NCBI GenBank assembly: GCA_046757665.1
Contig: JBHHYO010000033.1
Span: 1-28,877 of the forward strand
DNA length: 28,877 nt
From: Nitrospinales bacterium
GTDB taxonomy: Bacteria; Nitrospinota; Nitrospinia; Nitrospinales; JAJDAT01
Reading direction: 5' to 3'
The position numbers and the translations under genes were made by a program. Below the pieces are notes generated by a model. That model had not been told where the DNA came from. It worked only from the letters and a program-made list of their open reading frames with translations, and made no database searches. Positions 19,219 through 28,161 of this stretch are shown here, one piece after another (the stretch's first letter is position 1; each line of letters starts with the position of its first letter).

Positions 19219-19615
19219 ATGTTTTGATTTCGTCGCGCACCCGGCGGTAGGGGGCCAGGCGTTCCTCATCGCTTGCCGCGTGGCGCGCCAGCCGGGGCGG
19301 ATCGTCGAACGGCGCGTGGATGCGTTGCGTACCGGCGGGAAAGGCCGGGCACTGCTCGTCGGCGTGACCGCACACCGTCACCACGTAATCGAAAATGATA
19401 TCCGTTAACTCATCGACATGCTTGGCGCGCTGACTGGAGATGTCCACTCCAGCCTCGGCCATGACGCGCACCGCCAGGGGGTCCGGCGCGTGCGGCTCGA
19501 CGCCCGCCGACCAGGCGTCGATGGCGTCGCCGCGCAGATGCCGCGCCCAGCCCTCCGCCATCTGACTGCGGCACGAGTTGCCCGTGCAGAGGAAGAGGAT
19601 TTTCAATTTCGCCAT
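19181..19615 (-). CDS. arsC: Thioredoxin-coupled arsenate reductase / LMW-PTP family protein
   Basis: ILFLCTGNSCRSQMAEG (CX5R loop), VTVC....CP.FP, DDP motifs. Confidence 0.88.
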   Translation of the reverse strand: MAKLKILFLCTGNSCRSQMAEGWARHLRGDAIDAWSAGVEPHAPDPLAVRVMAEAGVDISSQRAKHVDELTDIIFDYVVTVCGHADEQCPAFPAGTQRIHAPFDDPPRLARHAASDEERLAPYRRVRDEIKTFIAERCPPRSCG

Positions 19616-19618
19616 GCC

Positions 19619-21280
19619 TCAATCCATGTCGTCGAACACGCCGCTGACCAGGCTTTTCCGGGCGGTTCGCGCTTCCTGCTGGGCGCGGGCGATGCCGTCG
19701 TCATAATCCTCGTTATCGACGAATTGCAGGACGGGCCCCATTTCCGGATGGCGTTTCAGATACAGTTTCACCATGGACTGAACGATGCGCCGGTACTTGG
19801 GGTGTCCGGCCTTCTGGGTACGCAGTTCGGCGAAGTGGCCGAACTCCCGCGGGTTCATGCCGACGTTCCAGCGGATGAAGTGGTTGAACAGCGCCGCGTA
19901 CTGGGCTTCCGGCTCCATGCCGGCGCGCTTGAGGTCGTGGTGCAGGCTTTCGGCGCGCTCGAAACATTCGCGCACCGCCTCGGTCTTGCCGATTTCCCGA
20001 ACCTCGTCGGGGATGGAATAGCCGAGCAGGACGCCGATCTCCTGCCGTTGCTGGGTCAACATGCGGTGGCGTTGCAGGTCGCGGTATTCGGCGAACCCGG
20101 CGACGAGGTCGAAGCCGATGGGGTACCCGTATTCGAGGGCGCGTCCGGGGCGGTCGCGCTTGCTCTTGCGGTCGCCGATGTAGGTTGCGAAAATCTCCCG
20201 GCGTTTCTCCGGCGGCAGGGCTTGCGCCACCCGGCGGATTTGCTCCGTCGGGTGCTGAACGTAGGGAAACATCATGCACGCCAGCAGATTGATTTCCCCA
20301 TCCTCCGGCGCATCGCGCAACAGGACGACTTCCCCGGCCTTGTCGATGGGCTCGTTTTTGAACAAGGCGGCGCACAGTTCTTTCATGCGCCGGTGGACGG
20401 CGCTCTGGTACTCGTTTTTCGCCGCCCGTTTGATGAAGGTGGGGATCTGCTGGTTGAGCGCCCGGCGAATGGACTCGGCGAGGCCGCGGGCTTCCGCCAG
20501 CTCGTGCGACAGCAGTTTGCAGAGCAGTCCGGAATAGAACCTGCCGTTGCCGACGATGCCGAGATTGGCGTTGGTGGACGCGGGCAGGATACAGCGGATG
20601 ACGTCGCAGGCGGCGCTCCGGATGGTGAAGTTGTAGGCGATGCGGTGGGCCTTGCGTTCGGCGTCGCTTGCCAGTTCGGCGGGTTTGACTTGCCTTGCGC
20701 CGCTTTCCCGTTCGACGTCGATGGCGAACTCTTCCCGTGGCAGGCGCTTGCGGAACAGCTCCTGCATCGGTTCCACCATGCCGGCATAGGTTTCGAAGAT
20801 GAAGTCCATGGTGGCGGTGTAGGTTGGCCCGAGGCCGGACCGCATGATGTTTTCCGGGCGGACGTAGCGCCACCGGCCGTTCTTCTTGGCGTCGTACAAT
20901 ACGTAGCGGGTGGACTCCTCGATGGGCGAGCCGCCGATGCGGCAGTCCTCGATGACCTTGGTCATGAGGTTGGAAATTTCCTCGATGCACAAGGGGGCGA
21001 CGGCCAGTTCGGCGACGGACTCATCGCCGAACTTGTTGACGACGCGGTCGATCATGGCGCTTCCCTTGACCTCGTTGGGGCGGCCGTCGGCGGTGAGAAA
21101 TTCGCGGGCGACGGTTTCCTTGAAGCCGGTGGGCGCCCGGCTGTAGCGGGCCAGCGCCGCGCCGATCACTTCCGGGTTGAGGTTTTTCAGGGAAAACACC
21201 CGGGCTTCGACGTCGGTGATGTAGGGCGCGAGAATCCGTTTCTCGCGCTCCGTCAACTCATCGGTTCGTTTGGGTTTCAT
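19619..21280 (-). CDS. thyX: FAD-dependent thymidylate synthase, tandem two-domain ThyX type
   Basis: ARYSR, FGDESVAELA, GSPIEESTRY, R.ILPA.T..N.G...NGR, RDLQRHR, ELRT...GH..YR; 553 aa from MKPK at 21280. Confidence 0.85.
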   Translation of the reverse strand: MKPKRTDELTEREKRILAPYITDVEARVFSLKNLNPEVIGAALARYSRAPTGFKETVAREFLTADGRPNEVKGSAMIDRVVNKFGDESVAELAVAPLCIEEISNLMTKVIEDCRIGGSPIEESTRYVLYDAKKNGRWRYVRPENIMRSGLGPTYTATMDFIFETYAGMVEPMQELFRKRLPREEFAIDVERESGARQVKPAELASDAERKAHRIAYNFTIRSAACDVIRCILPASTNANLGIVGNGRFYSGLLCKLLSHELAEARGLAESIRRALNQQIPTFIKRAAKNEYQSAVHRRMKELCAALFKNEPIDKAGEVVLLRDAPEDGEINLLACMMFPYVQHPTEQIRRVAQALPPEKRREIFATYIGDRKSKRDRPGRALEYGYPIGFDLVAGFAEYRDLQRHRMLTQQRQEIGVLLGYSIPDEVREIGKTEAVRECFERAESLHHDLKRAGMEPEAQYAALFNHFIRWNVGMNPREFGHFAELRTQKAGHPKYRRIVQSMVKLYLKRHPEMGPVLQFVDNEDYDDGIARAQQEARTARKSLVSGVFDDMD

Positions 21281-22208
21281 GGACGGCGTCCTTGGCGCAA
21301 CGAAATCCGGTGTCGTTGAACCGGACTTCCGGGCGGCTCCATCGGCGGAGGGAGCTACGCAGGGTGATGGCATAATTGACCCAGGACCCGCCGCGGACCA
21401 CCTTGAACCGGCCCTCGGCGGGGCCTTGCGGATTTTTCCTTGGGCTTTTTTTGTAATACTCCGCGTCGTACCAGTCGGCGACCCATTCCCAGGCGTTGCC
21501 CGCCATGTCGTACACGCCATAAATGGAAGCGCCGTTGGAATAACTGCCGACGTTGGTCATGGTGAACGGGCCGTGCCATTTTCTTTTGTAGGTGGCGCGG
21601 CCTGCCGGCGATGCGTTGCCCCAGGGGTAAAGACTGCCGGCGGGGCCGCGCGCCGCTTTTTCCCATTCCGCCTCGGTGGGCAGGCGCTTGCCCCGCCACC
21701 GGCAGTAGGCTTCCGCGTCATGCCAGCTCACCTGCACCACCGGCTGATTGCGGATGCTCTCCGGATACGAGACGCCGTCCCACAAATTGCCGGCACGGCA
21801 CTGCCGGGTCCGGCAGGAGTCGTCCAGGGCGGGGCGGTGGCCCGTGGCGGATACAAACTGCATGTAATCCTCGTTGGTGACCTCAAACATGTCGATCCAG
21901 TAATCGTCGAGATAAACTTTATGCTCCGGCAGTTCGTCCTTGAACCACCACTCGCGGCACTTTTTGTCCACTTTCAGGCACTTGTTCCAGGACTTGATGA
22001 TCTGCTGAAACGTCGAACCCATTTTGAATGTCCCCGCCGGGATGTTGACCATGCGGGAAAAATCCTCGTTGAAGGAAACCGGCGCCTTCGGTTCCGGTTG
22101 CCCTGGCGAATCCGGGACCCCTTCCGATCCCCAGGACGCAAGGGACGAACACAGGAGAACCGCCGGCAAGGCTTGCAGAAAACGGATGATCGGGAAGCGG
22201 TTCGACAT
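21258..22208 (-). CDS. Secreted FGE-sulfatase (SUMF1/PvdO) fold protein
   Basis: IPAG.F.MGS, E.P.H.V, FEVTN..Y, PVVQVSW.DA.AYC.W.GKRLPTEAEWEKAARG, DMAGN.WEW, RGGSW, GFRCA; N-terminal signal peptide. Confidence 0.92.
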   Translation of the reverse strand: MSNRFPIIRFLQALPAVLLCSSLASWGSEGVPDSPGQPEPKAPVSFNEDFSRMVNIPAGTFKMGSTFQQIIKSWNKCLKVDKKCREWWFKDELPEHKVYLDDYWIDMFEVTNEDYMQFVSATGHRPALDDSCRTRQCRAGNLWDGVSYPESIRNQPVVQVSWHDAEAYCRWRGKRLPTEAEWEKAARGPAGSLYPWGNASPAGRATYKRKWHGPFTMTNVGSYSNGASIYGVYDMAGNAWEWVADWYDAEYYKKSPRKNPQGPAEGRFKVVRGGSWVNYAITLRSSLRRWSRPEVRFNDTGFRCAKDAVHETQTNR

Positions 22209-22261
22209 TAAACGATTCGATTGGATACAAAAACCTCGGACGATTTGCGCCGCGGGGAGTC

Positions 22262-22966
22262 TCAGGCGGAAGTCCCGTCTTCCGCCTTGAACCGCGCCAG
22301 TTCCTTGCCATGGATGTAAAGCATGGCCAGCCCCAGGATCATGTTGATGGTGTACAGCCAGATAAATTGCTGATGGTAGCGGTCGAACTGGATTTTAAGT
22401 TTTACGTCGCCGGGGTTCTCCTCCCGCAGTGTTTCCAGTTGGCCTTTCAGATTCAATTGTTCGATTGCCGCCGCGGCGCGGGCCGGGTTGTCCAGTTGGG
22501 CGGCGTTGTTCAATGACTCGATCCCCGTCCGGATCAGGTGGTCCAGCCGCGCTTTTTCCAGGGTGTTGACTTGCGCGGCCTTTTTCAACCGGTCAACCTC
22601 GTGCATCCGCGGCCTGAGGACGTTGCCCATGTAAACGGCCAGGACGATCATGACGCCGAGGCAGATTTCCCGGGTGTACCGGCGTTTCCCGGCCGGCGGC
22701 GGGGCAAGTTTTTCCGCGGCGTACTTTTGCACCAGCAACCGGACCAGTTCCGCGACGACGATCACGCTGATGCAGGTATAAATCACGATGTGGACGTTGA
22801 AGATGTCCATGAGGGTGTTCATGACCTTGCTGGCCGTGATGGGCTGTTCCTTGAGTTTGACCCGGACGACGATCTCCGCGAGGATGCCCAGGAGAAACAT
22901 GCCTCCCACCCAGAGGGACAAGGCGAAAAGGTACAGCATGTTCAAAGTATATACGAGTCGTTTCAC
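22262..22966 (-). CDS. DUF4149/TMEM205-like membrane protein with helical insertion
   Basis: LWVGGMF.LG TM1, P.M motif after TM3, F.RYH before the last TM helix. Confidence 0.65.
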   Translation of the reverse strand: MKRLVYTLNMLYLFALSLWVGGMFLLGILAEIVVRVKLKEQPITASKVMNTLMDIFNVHIVIYTCISVIVVAELVRLLVQKYAAEKLAPPPAGKRRYTREICLGVMIVLAVYMGNVLRPRMHEVDRLKKAAQVNTLEKARLDHLIRTGIESLNNAAQLDNPARAAAAIEQLNLKGQLETLREENPGDVKLKIQFDRYHQQFIWLYTINMILGLAMLYIHGKELARFKAEDGTSA

Positions 22967-23033
22967 CGGGTTGTTCCGTGGGAACAGGGAGAAGCGGCGT
23001 TTGCTCCGCCCGGGGTGTAGCGCGGTCCGGCTG

Positions 23034-23342
23034 TCATCGTCCGCCGGAAACCCGCTTGCGCAGGCCCTTGAAACTGGCTTCGATTTCCTTGATGTTTTTT
23101 TCCCTTTCCATCAATTCATGGGACGAGAGCGACCGCCAGCCTCGTTTCACCGCGGTCCCGGTTTGGTTTCGGTTAACGGTGTTGAGAATGGAGAGATAAA
23201 GGACCCCATAGACAAAAGCGACGGTATAAAGCACCAGGGGGATAAACGATTTCAGCCGTTTTTTTTCCTTCCGGGACTTGTGGCCCCACAGCCGGTGCCA
23301 CAGGGAGTTTTTGTTTTTCTTGTCGTTTTTTGCGTGATCCAT
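23034..23342 (-). CDS. Hypothetical basic protein with one TM helix
   Basis: 102-aa ORF co-oriented with the downstream operon; one hydrophobic segment (FIPLVLYTVAFVYGVLYLSIL). Confidence 0.55.
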   Translation of the reverse strand: MDHAKNDKKNKNSLWHRLWGHKSRKEKKRLKSFIPLVLYTVAFVYGVLYLSILNTVNRNQTGTAVKRGWRSLSSHELMEREKNIKEIEASFKGLRKRVSGGR

Positions 23343-23405
23343 GAGGACGCCCTCGAACCCGGGCCGGCCGGAAAATGCCGCGGCAAGCCCTCGGTAAACC
23401 CATCA

Positions 23406-23480
23406 TAACAAAATAGGATTTTGTTAACAAGGCAGGCGCCGCCGCTCTCATTTGAAATGAACCGGACGGAATGATATAAC
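23406..23480 (+). promoter_or_regulatory. Sigma70 promoter with palindromic operator-like sites
   Basis: TTGAAA (23452-23457)-17 nt-TATAAC (23475-23480) with extended TG. Perfect inverted repeats TAACAAAAT-agg-ATTTTGTTA (23406-23426) and TCATTT-g-AAATGA (23448-23460). Confidence 0.65.
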
Positions 23481-23550
23481 TGATGCCGCGCCGGGGAATC
23501 CGGCGGTCCCATTCAAAGCGTTTATCGCCAATTGGTCGAGAGGAGAAGCG

Positions 23551-23781
23551 ATGCCGTATCAAAACCGGCCCGTGAACGTCGAGGAGACGCCCGGCATAAA
23601 ATTCTACTGCACTTGCGGGGAATCCGCGAACAAACCTTACTGCGACGGTTCCCATGACCGGCTGAATACGGGAAAATCGCCGAAGGAATCTTTTTTTGAG
23701 GACGACCGGCGGGTTTCCATTTGCGATTGCGGCAAAACCGGCAACCCGCCGTTTTGCGACGGCACGCACTCCCGCAAGTGA
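23551..23781 (+). CDS. CDGSH iron-sulfur domain protein with two motifs (MiNT/CISD3-like)
   Basis: CTCGESANKPYCDGSH and CDCGKTGNPPFCDGTH; GAGGAG RBS. Confidence 0.95.
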   Translation: MPYQNRPVNVEETPGIKFYCTCGESANKPYCDGSHDRLNTGKSPKESFFEDDRRVSICDCGKTGNPPFCDGTHSRK

Positions 23782-23796
23782 TGCCGTTGAACTTTC

Positions 23797-24738
23797 ATGA
23801 AAACCCACCGGCTACGAATCGGCATTTCCTCCTGCCTGCTGGGACAGGAGGTTCGCTGGGACGGCGCGCACAAGCGCGACGCCTGGCTGTCCGGCATCCT
23901 GGGACGCTATGTCGAATGGGCCGCCGTGTGCCCGGAAGTCGATATGGGCTTGCCGGCGCCCCGCGAACCGATGAACCTGGTGCGGCGAAACGGCAAAATC
24001 CATTTGACCGCCGACGCCGGCAGGACCGATCTCAGCCGGCGGTTGCGGGCCTTTGCCGCCGGGCGGCTGGCCGCATTGGACGATATTTGCGGGTACGTTC
24101 TGAAGAGCCGGTCGCCGAGTTGCGGCGCGTTCGGGGTGCGGGTGCGCGATGACCGGGGCCGCGTTGCGCGCAACGGGCGCGGCTTGTTCGCCGAGGCGTT
24201 GTTGCGCCGGTTCCCCTGTCTTCCCGTGGAAGAGGAGTCCGGCCTGGCGTGTCCGCGGCGGCGCGAGAATTTTATTCGCCGGATTTTTACGTATTATCGC
24301 TGGCGGGCGATGGCGTCGTCCGGAGCGTCGCCGCAGGCAATCCGGCGGTTCCATGACCGCCACCGCTATTTGATCCTGGCCCACGGCCGGGCCGCCCTGG
24401 CGCGGCTGGAACGGGTCGCGGGCGCTGTGGAGTATTTTCGCCTGCTGTTCCGCGCCCTGTCACGCACTCCCTCCCTTGGCAATCACGCCTATGCCTTGTC
24501 CCGCCTCGCCGGCCAACTGGAATGCTCCGAACACCGGCGGGTGGATGGGGCAATCGAGGCTTACCGTTGTGGCCGAGCGCCGCTGACTTCGCCCTTGAGC
24601 CTTATGCGCCGTTACGCGGACCGGTCGCGCAATGCCGCTTTGCGGAAGCAGGTGTATTTGTACCCGCATCCGGACGAATGGGCGTTGCTGAAACAAGTTT
24701 CCGCCGCCGCGCCGCGGGGGTCATTCACCGGGGCTTGA
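23797..24738 (+). CDS. DUF523 (TudS)-DUF1722 fusion, YbgA/RudS-like thiouracil/thiouridine desulfidase
   Basis: IGISSCLLG..VR.DG.HK, VCPEV..GL..PRE, K..SPSCG, G.GLFA, PVEEE; C-terminal FH...Y..LAH and Q.YL.PHP. Confidence 0.88.
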   Translation: MKTHRLRIGISSCLLGQEVRWDGAHKRDAWLSGILGRYVEWAAVCPEVDMGLPAPREPMNLVRRNGKIHLTADAGRTDLSRRLRAFAAGRLAALDDICGYVLKSRSPSCGAFGVRVRDDRGRVARNGRGLFAEALLRRFPCLPVEEESGLACPRRRENFIRRIFTYYRWRAMASSGASPQAIRRFHDRHRYLILAHGRAALARLERVAGAVEYFRLLFRALSRTPSLGNHAYALSRLAGQLECSEHRRVDGAIEAYRCGRAPLTSPLSLMRRYADRSRNAALRKQVYLYPHPDEWALLKQVSAAAPRGSFTGA

Positions 24739-25858
24739 GCAGTTCGTCATAGAGGGCCAGCATTTCCCGGGTATTGTTTTCCCGGGGAAACTTTTCCGCA
24801 AGCTGTCTTGCTCGCCGTCCCATTTCCTGCCTGATACCGGGGTCGAACAAAAAATTGATGTGGTCGGCGATTTCCTTTGGGTCGCCGGGGCGTTGCAGAA
24901 CCATGCCGTTTTGCTTGTGGGCGATCAGCTCCGCCGCGCCGGAATTTTTTCCGGCAACGACCGGCAGGCTGGTTGCCAGGGCTTCCAGATGGACGTTGCC
25001 GAACGGCTCATAAATGGCAGGCAAGACAAACGTGTCCGCCGCGGCATAATATTTTTCGATGTCGCCGACTTGCGGCAGATGGATCATCTTTCCCCGCATC
25101 GCTGGCGGGGCGAAGGCGCGGTAACGGTTCCAGTTGCCCTTGCCGATCACCAGCAGACGCCAGGCGTCGTTACGCAAATGCGCCAGGGCGCGGATCAGAA
25201 ATTTCAGTCCCTTGCGCTCGAACCCCGACCCCACGGTCAAGAGAAGAAAAGCGTCTCGGGGGACGCCGAGCCGTTGCCGGACGGCCTCGCCGTGGAGCGC
25301 CTTGTTTTTCGGGTGGAATTTTTCCAGGGCGACGCCGTTATAAATGACGACGATGTCCCGGTCGGGAACGGCGTAGTGTTTTTGAATATCGCGTTTCACC
25401 ATTTCCGAGATGGCGACGATTTTTTTGTAATGGCCGGGCGTGAAGATAAATTTTTCGATTGCCAGCGCCGCCCGGTGGAACGGGTTGACGGCGATGGACA
25501 GTTTTTTTGCCGGGGAGAGGAAGGCGTTTCTTCGTTCCAGCCATTCCTTGTGACAGCCGTCTCCGGCGCGGTAGATGTCCTGATAGAGGGTTCGCTCGTG
25601 GCTTTGGATGAGGTCGAACGATTCGCGCTTCAGCAGGCGTTTCGCGGCCAGGGCGAAGGACAGCAGGCGGGTCAGCGCGTTGAGGCGGACGACGGGCACC
25701 TTGTGGAAATGGATTCCGGGCCGGTCGTCGGGCGTCCATTCGCTTGCGAAAACATGCGCTTCGTTGCCGGCGTCGGCGATTTGCCGGATGTAGTCCGAGG
25801 AAAACGTTTCCGCGCCGCCGTAGGGCACATATCGTTGTCGGATGATCGCTATTTTCAT
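24725..25858 (-). CDS. GT4 glycosyltransferase (WaaG/RfaG-like LPS core)
   Basis: GGAE, YRAGDGCH, VGSGFERKG, YEPFGNVHLEA motifs. Confidence 0.9.
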   Translation of the reverse strand: MKIAIIRQRYVPYGGAETFSSDYIRQIADAGNEAHVFASEWTPDDRPGIHFHKVPVVRLNALTRLLSFALAAKRLLKRESFDLIQSHERTLYQDIYRAGDGCHKEWLERRNAFLSPAKKLSIAVNPFHRAALAIEKFIFTPGHYKKIVAISEMVKRDIQKHYAVPDRDIVVIYNGVALEKFHPKNKALHGEAVRQRLGVPRDAFLLLTVGSGFERKGLKFLIRALAHLRNDAWRLLVIGKGNWNRYRAFAPPAMRGKMIHLPQVGDIEKYYAAADTFVLPAIYEPFGNVHLEALATSLPVVAGKNSGAAELIAHKQNGMVLQRPGDPKEIADHINFLFDPGIRQEMGRRARQLAEKFPRENNTREMLALYDELLKPR

Positions 25859-25898
25859 GGACGGTTTTGGGTCGGCCCGGTTGCCCTCGGGCGGGGCC

Positions 25899-26966
25899 TC
25901 ACAGTTTGTCTTCGAACCATCGGATCAGTTGCGCGCAATTTTCCTGCCAGTCGAAATCCTGGATTTTTTGATGGCCGGATTCGGACAGCCGCCGCATCAG
26001 GCCGCGGTCGGCGATCACCGCGGCCAGGTTGTCGGCGAGTTGGTCGATATTCCGGGGTTGCGATAACAGGGCGGTTTGGTTGTGAAGGGCGTAATCCCGG
26101 CAACCGCCGGTGTCCGTGGTGATCAGGGCGGCGCGGCAGGCCATGGCCTCCATGGCGGGCATACCCAATCCCTCGTGCCAACTGGCGCAAAGGTAAATAT
26201 CGCATTCCGTGTATATGCGGCGCAACAGCTCCCCCGTTGGCCGATAATGGTAGTCGAACTCGAATCCGGCGGCGCGGTAGAGCGCCTTGGGGTTTTTCAA
26301 TTTGGCGCCGAACACCGTCACCCGCAAATCGCCGTGGCGGGACAAAACTTTTTTGACGGCCAGGATCGCGTCCGCGTAGCCTTTCCAGTCATAGTCGTGA
26401 TGCAGGAGGCAAACCCGCGGCGGCCGGTTCCATTTTTTGGCGTCGCAGAAAAACAGCTCCCGGTTGACGGGGGTTACCAGCACGTCGGACTGCTGGTGGT
26501 ACGTCCTGGCCAGGATGTCTTGTAGCCAGCGGGAAATCACGATCTTGTGAAACGGCATACCGTAGGTCTGCCGGGCCTGTTCCTTGTGTTTGGTCCAGAG
26601 GGCTTCGTGGTGCTGGATGAAATAAAACTTGCCGCCTTTTTCGGAGGGGAATCCGGCGGCGGCATGGGCGGTTTCCCAGGAGGAAGCGATCAGAATATCC
26701 GCTGTCGGGACGTATTTCGGATGCAGTTCCGGCACAACGTCGATGGCGATCCGGTTCTCGAACCAGTCGATGGACTCGGGGTTCACGGTGACGACGCCGT
26801 TCGCCCGGTTTTTCAATTTTTGGTCGAGGCGGTACCATTTGGATTTTTCCCGCGGGATGACCAGATGCACCGTATGCCCCTTGCCGTTTAGGAGATTGGC
26901 GTATTCGAGGAGGGTTTTAACGCCGCCGCTGATCTTGACATGAGGAAGTAGAAAGGTGATTTTCAT
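25899..26966 (-). CDS. GT4 glycosyltransferase
   Basis: SGGVK....AN.L...GH, YFIQH.E, KG, EGLGMPAMEAMAC motifs. Confidence 0.88.
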   Translation of the reverse strand: MKITFLLPHVKISGGVKTLLEYANLLNGKGHTVHLVIPREKSKWYRLDQKLKNRANGVVTVNPESIDWFENRIAIDVVPELHPKYVPTADILIASSWETAHAAAGFPSEKGGKFYFIQHHEALWTKHKEQARQTYGMPFHKIVISRWLQDILARTYHQQSDVLVTPVNRELFFCDAKKWNRPPRVCLLHHDYDWKGYADAILAVKKVLSRHGDLRVTVFGAKLKNPKALYRAAGFEFDYHYRPTGELLRRIYTECDIYLCASWHEGLGMPAMEAMACRAALITTDTGGCRDYALHNQTALLSQPRNIDQLADNLAAVIADRGLMRRLSESGHQKIQDFDWQENCAQLIRWFEDKL

Positions 26967-26967
26967 T

Positions 26968-28116
26968 TTATGCGTTCGAGTTCAGGACGTCTTCATAGAC
27001 GGCGATGGTTTTATCCATCATTTTTTCGATGGTTAATTCCTTTTGGCAATATTGGTAAGCCTTTTCGGCAAGCTCCCGTCCCGTTTCGGGATGTTGCAGA
27101 AGGGTCAGGATGGCCTGGGCGAGGCTGGGCGCGCTTTTGATTTCGGCGAGGATGCCGCGCTCCCCATGCCCGAGGATTTCCGGGATGCCGCCGGCCCGCG
27201 TGCCGACCACGGGTGTTTTCATGGCAAACGCCTGGGGGATGACCTGGGAAGTAGCCTCGCCGCCGGTGGACGCCAGAACCATGACGTCGAGGCTGGCCAG
27301 GATTTCCGGGATGTCCTCCCGATGGCCGAGCATGGTGACGGCGCCGTCCATGCCCCGGTGCGTGATTTTTTGTCTGAGTTCGTCGTGGCCCGGCCCGTGG
27401 CCGGCGATGAGGAAGCGGGCGTTGGGATACTTTTCGCGCACCAGGGGAACCGCCTGGAGAAAATATTCATGTCCCTTCCATCCCCGGATGACGCCGATTT
27501 TGCCGATCACCGGGCAGTCGGGCGGCAGGCCAAGCCGGTCGCGGATCGGCGCGATATGGAAATCGAACCGCCGCATGTCCACCCCGGCGGCAACCGGCAC
27601 GACCGTCTCCCGGCGCACGCCGGACACCTGCGTCATCATCGTCCGGATCATCTCCCCGCTGGTGATGATGCGGTCGGGGAAATAGGAATAAATCAGACTG
27701 CTCGGCCGGAAATTTTTAACCGGGATGGAGACGTGCCGGCTACGCACGATGGGAATGCCCAACAGCTTGCCGCAAAAAGAAACCAGCCAACTGTCGATGG
27801 AACTGTGCGTGTGCAGGATATTCGGGCGGATGCCGGCGATTAGCCGGCGCAGGGCGAGAAAGGATGAAGCGCTTAATGTGCCGTTCATGCGGATCGTGTG
27901 CAGGCTGAACCGGGAGTCGGCGATGGCGCGGCACCGCTCGGCGAGGGGACTGCCCGGCTGGCAGACGACGGACACGCGGTGGCCGCGCTCCAGCAACAGG
28001 CGGGTTTCCTGGAAGATGCGTATTTCCTGGCCGCCCCAGCCGGTGGCGGCCTCCGAATGCAGGATGTGCAGGGAGTTCAAAACGACCGATATGATTTCAG
28101 GTGATTGTCGGGCCAA
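26968..28116 (-). CDS. GT4 glycosyltransferase
   Basis: ILHSEA..GWGGQE.R, HTHSS.D, RSRH, KGH, E..SQVI.QA.A motifs; the true start may be the TTG at 28080. Confidence 0.9.
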   Translation of the reverse strand: MARQSPEIISVVLNSLHILHSEAATGWGGQEIRIFQETRLLLERGHRVSVVCQPGSPLAERCRAIADSRFSLHTIRMNGTLSASSFLALRRLIAGIRPNILHTHSSIDSWLVSFCGKLLGIPIVRSRHVSIPVKNFRPSSLIYSYFPDRIITSGEMIRTMMTQVSGVRRETVVPVAAGVDMRRFDFHIAPIRDRLGLPPDCPVIGKIGVIRGWKGHEYFLQAVPLVREKYPNARFLIAGHGPGHDELRQKITHRGMDGAVTMLGHREDIPEILASLDVMVLASTGGEATSQVIPQAFAMKTPVVGTRAGGIPEILGHGERGILAEIKSAPSLAQAILTLLQHPETGRELAEKAYQYCQKELTIEKMMDKTIAVYEDVLNSNA

Positions 28117-28161
28117 ATCCGATTAAAATGTGACGGATAAATTTATCACTCTCTTTATACA

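Noticed and set aside
19418-21319. 633-aa plus-strand ORF
   Set aside because: Antisense shadow of thyX and arsC.
21281-21520. 80-aa N-terminal extension of ThyX in the ORF track
   Set aside because: It overlaps the conserved C-terminus of the FGE-fold gene in another frame; ThyX-like sequence starts at MKPK (21280).
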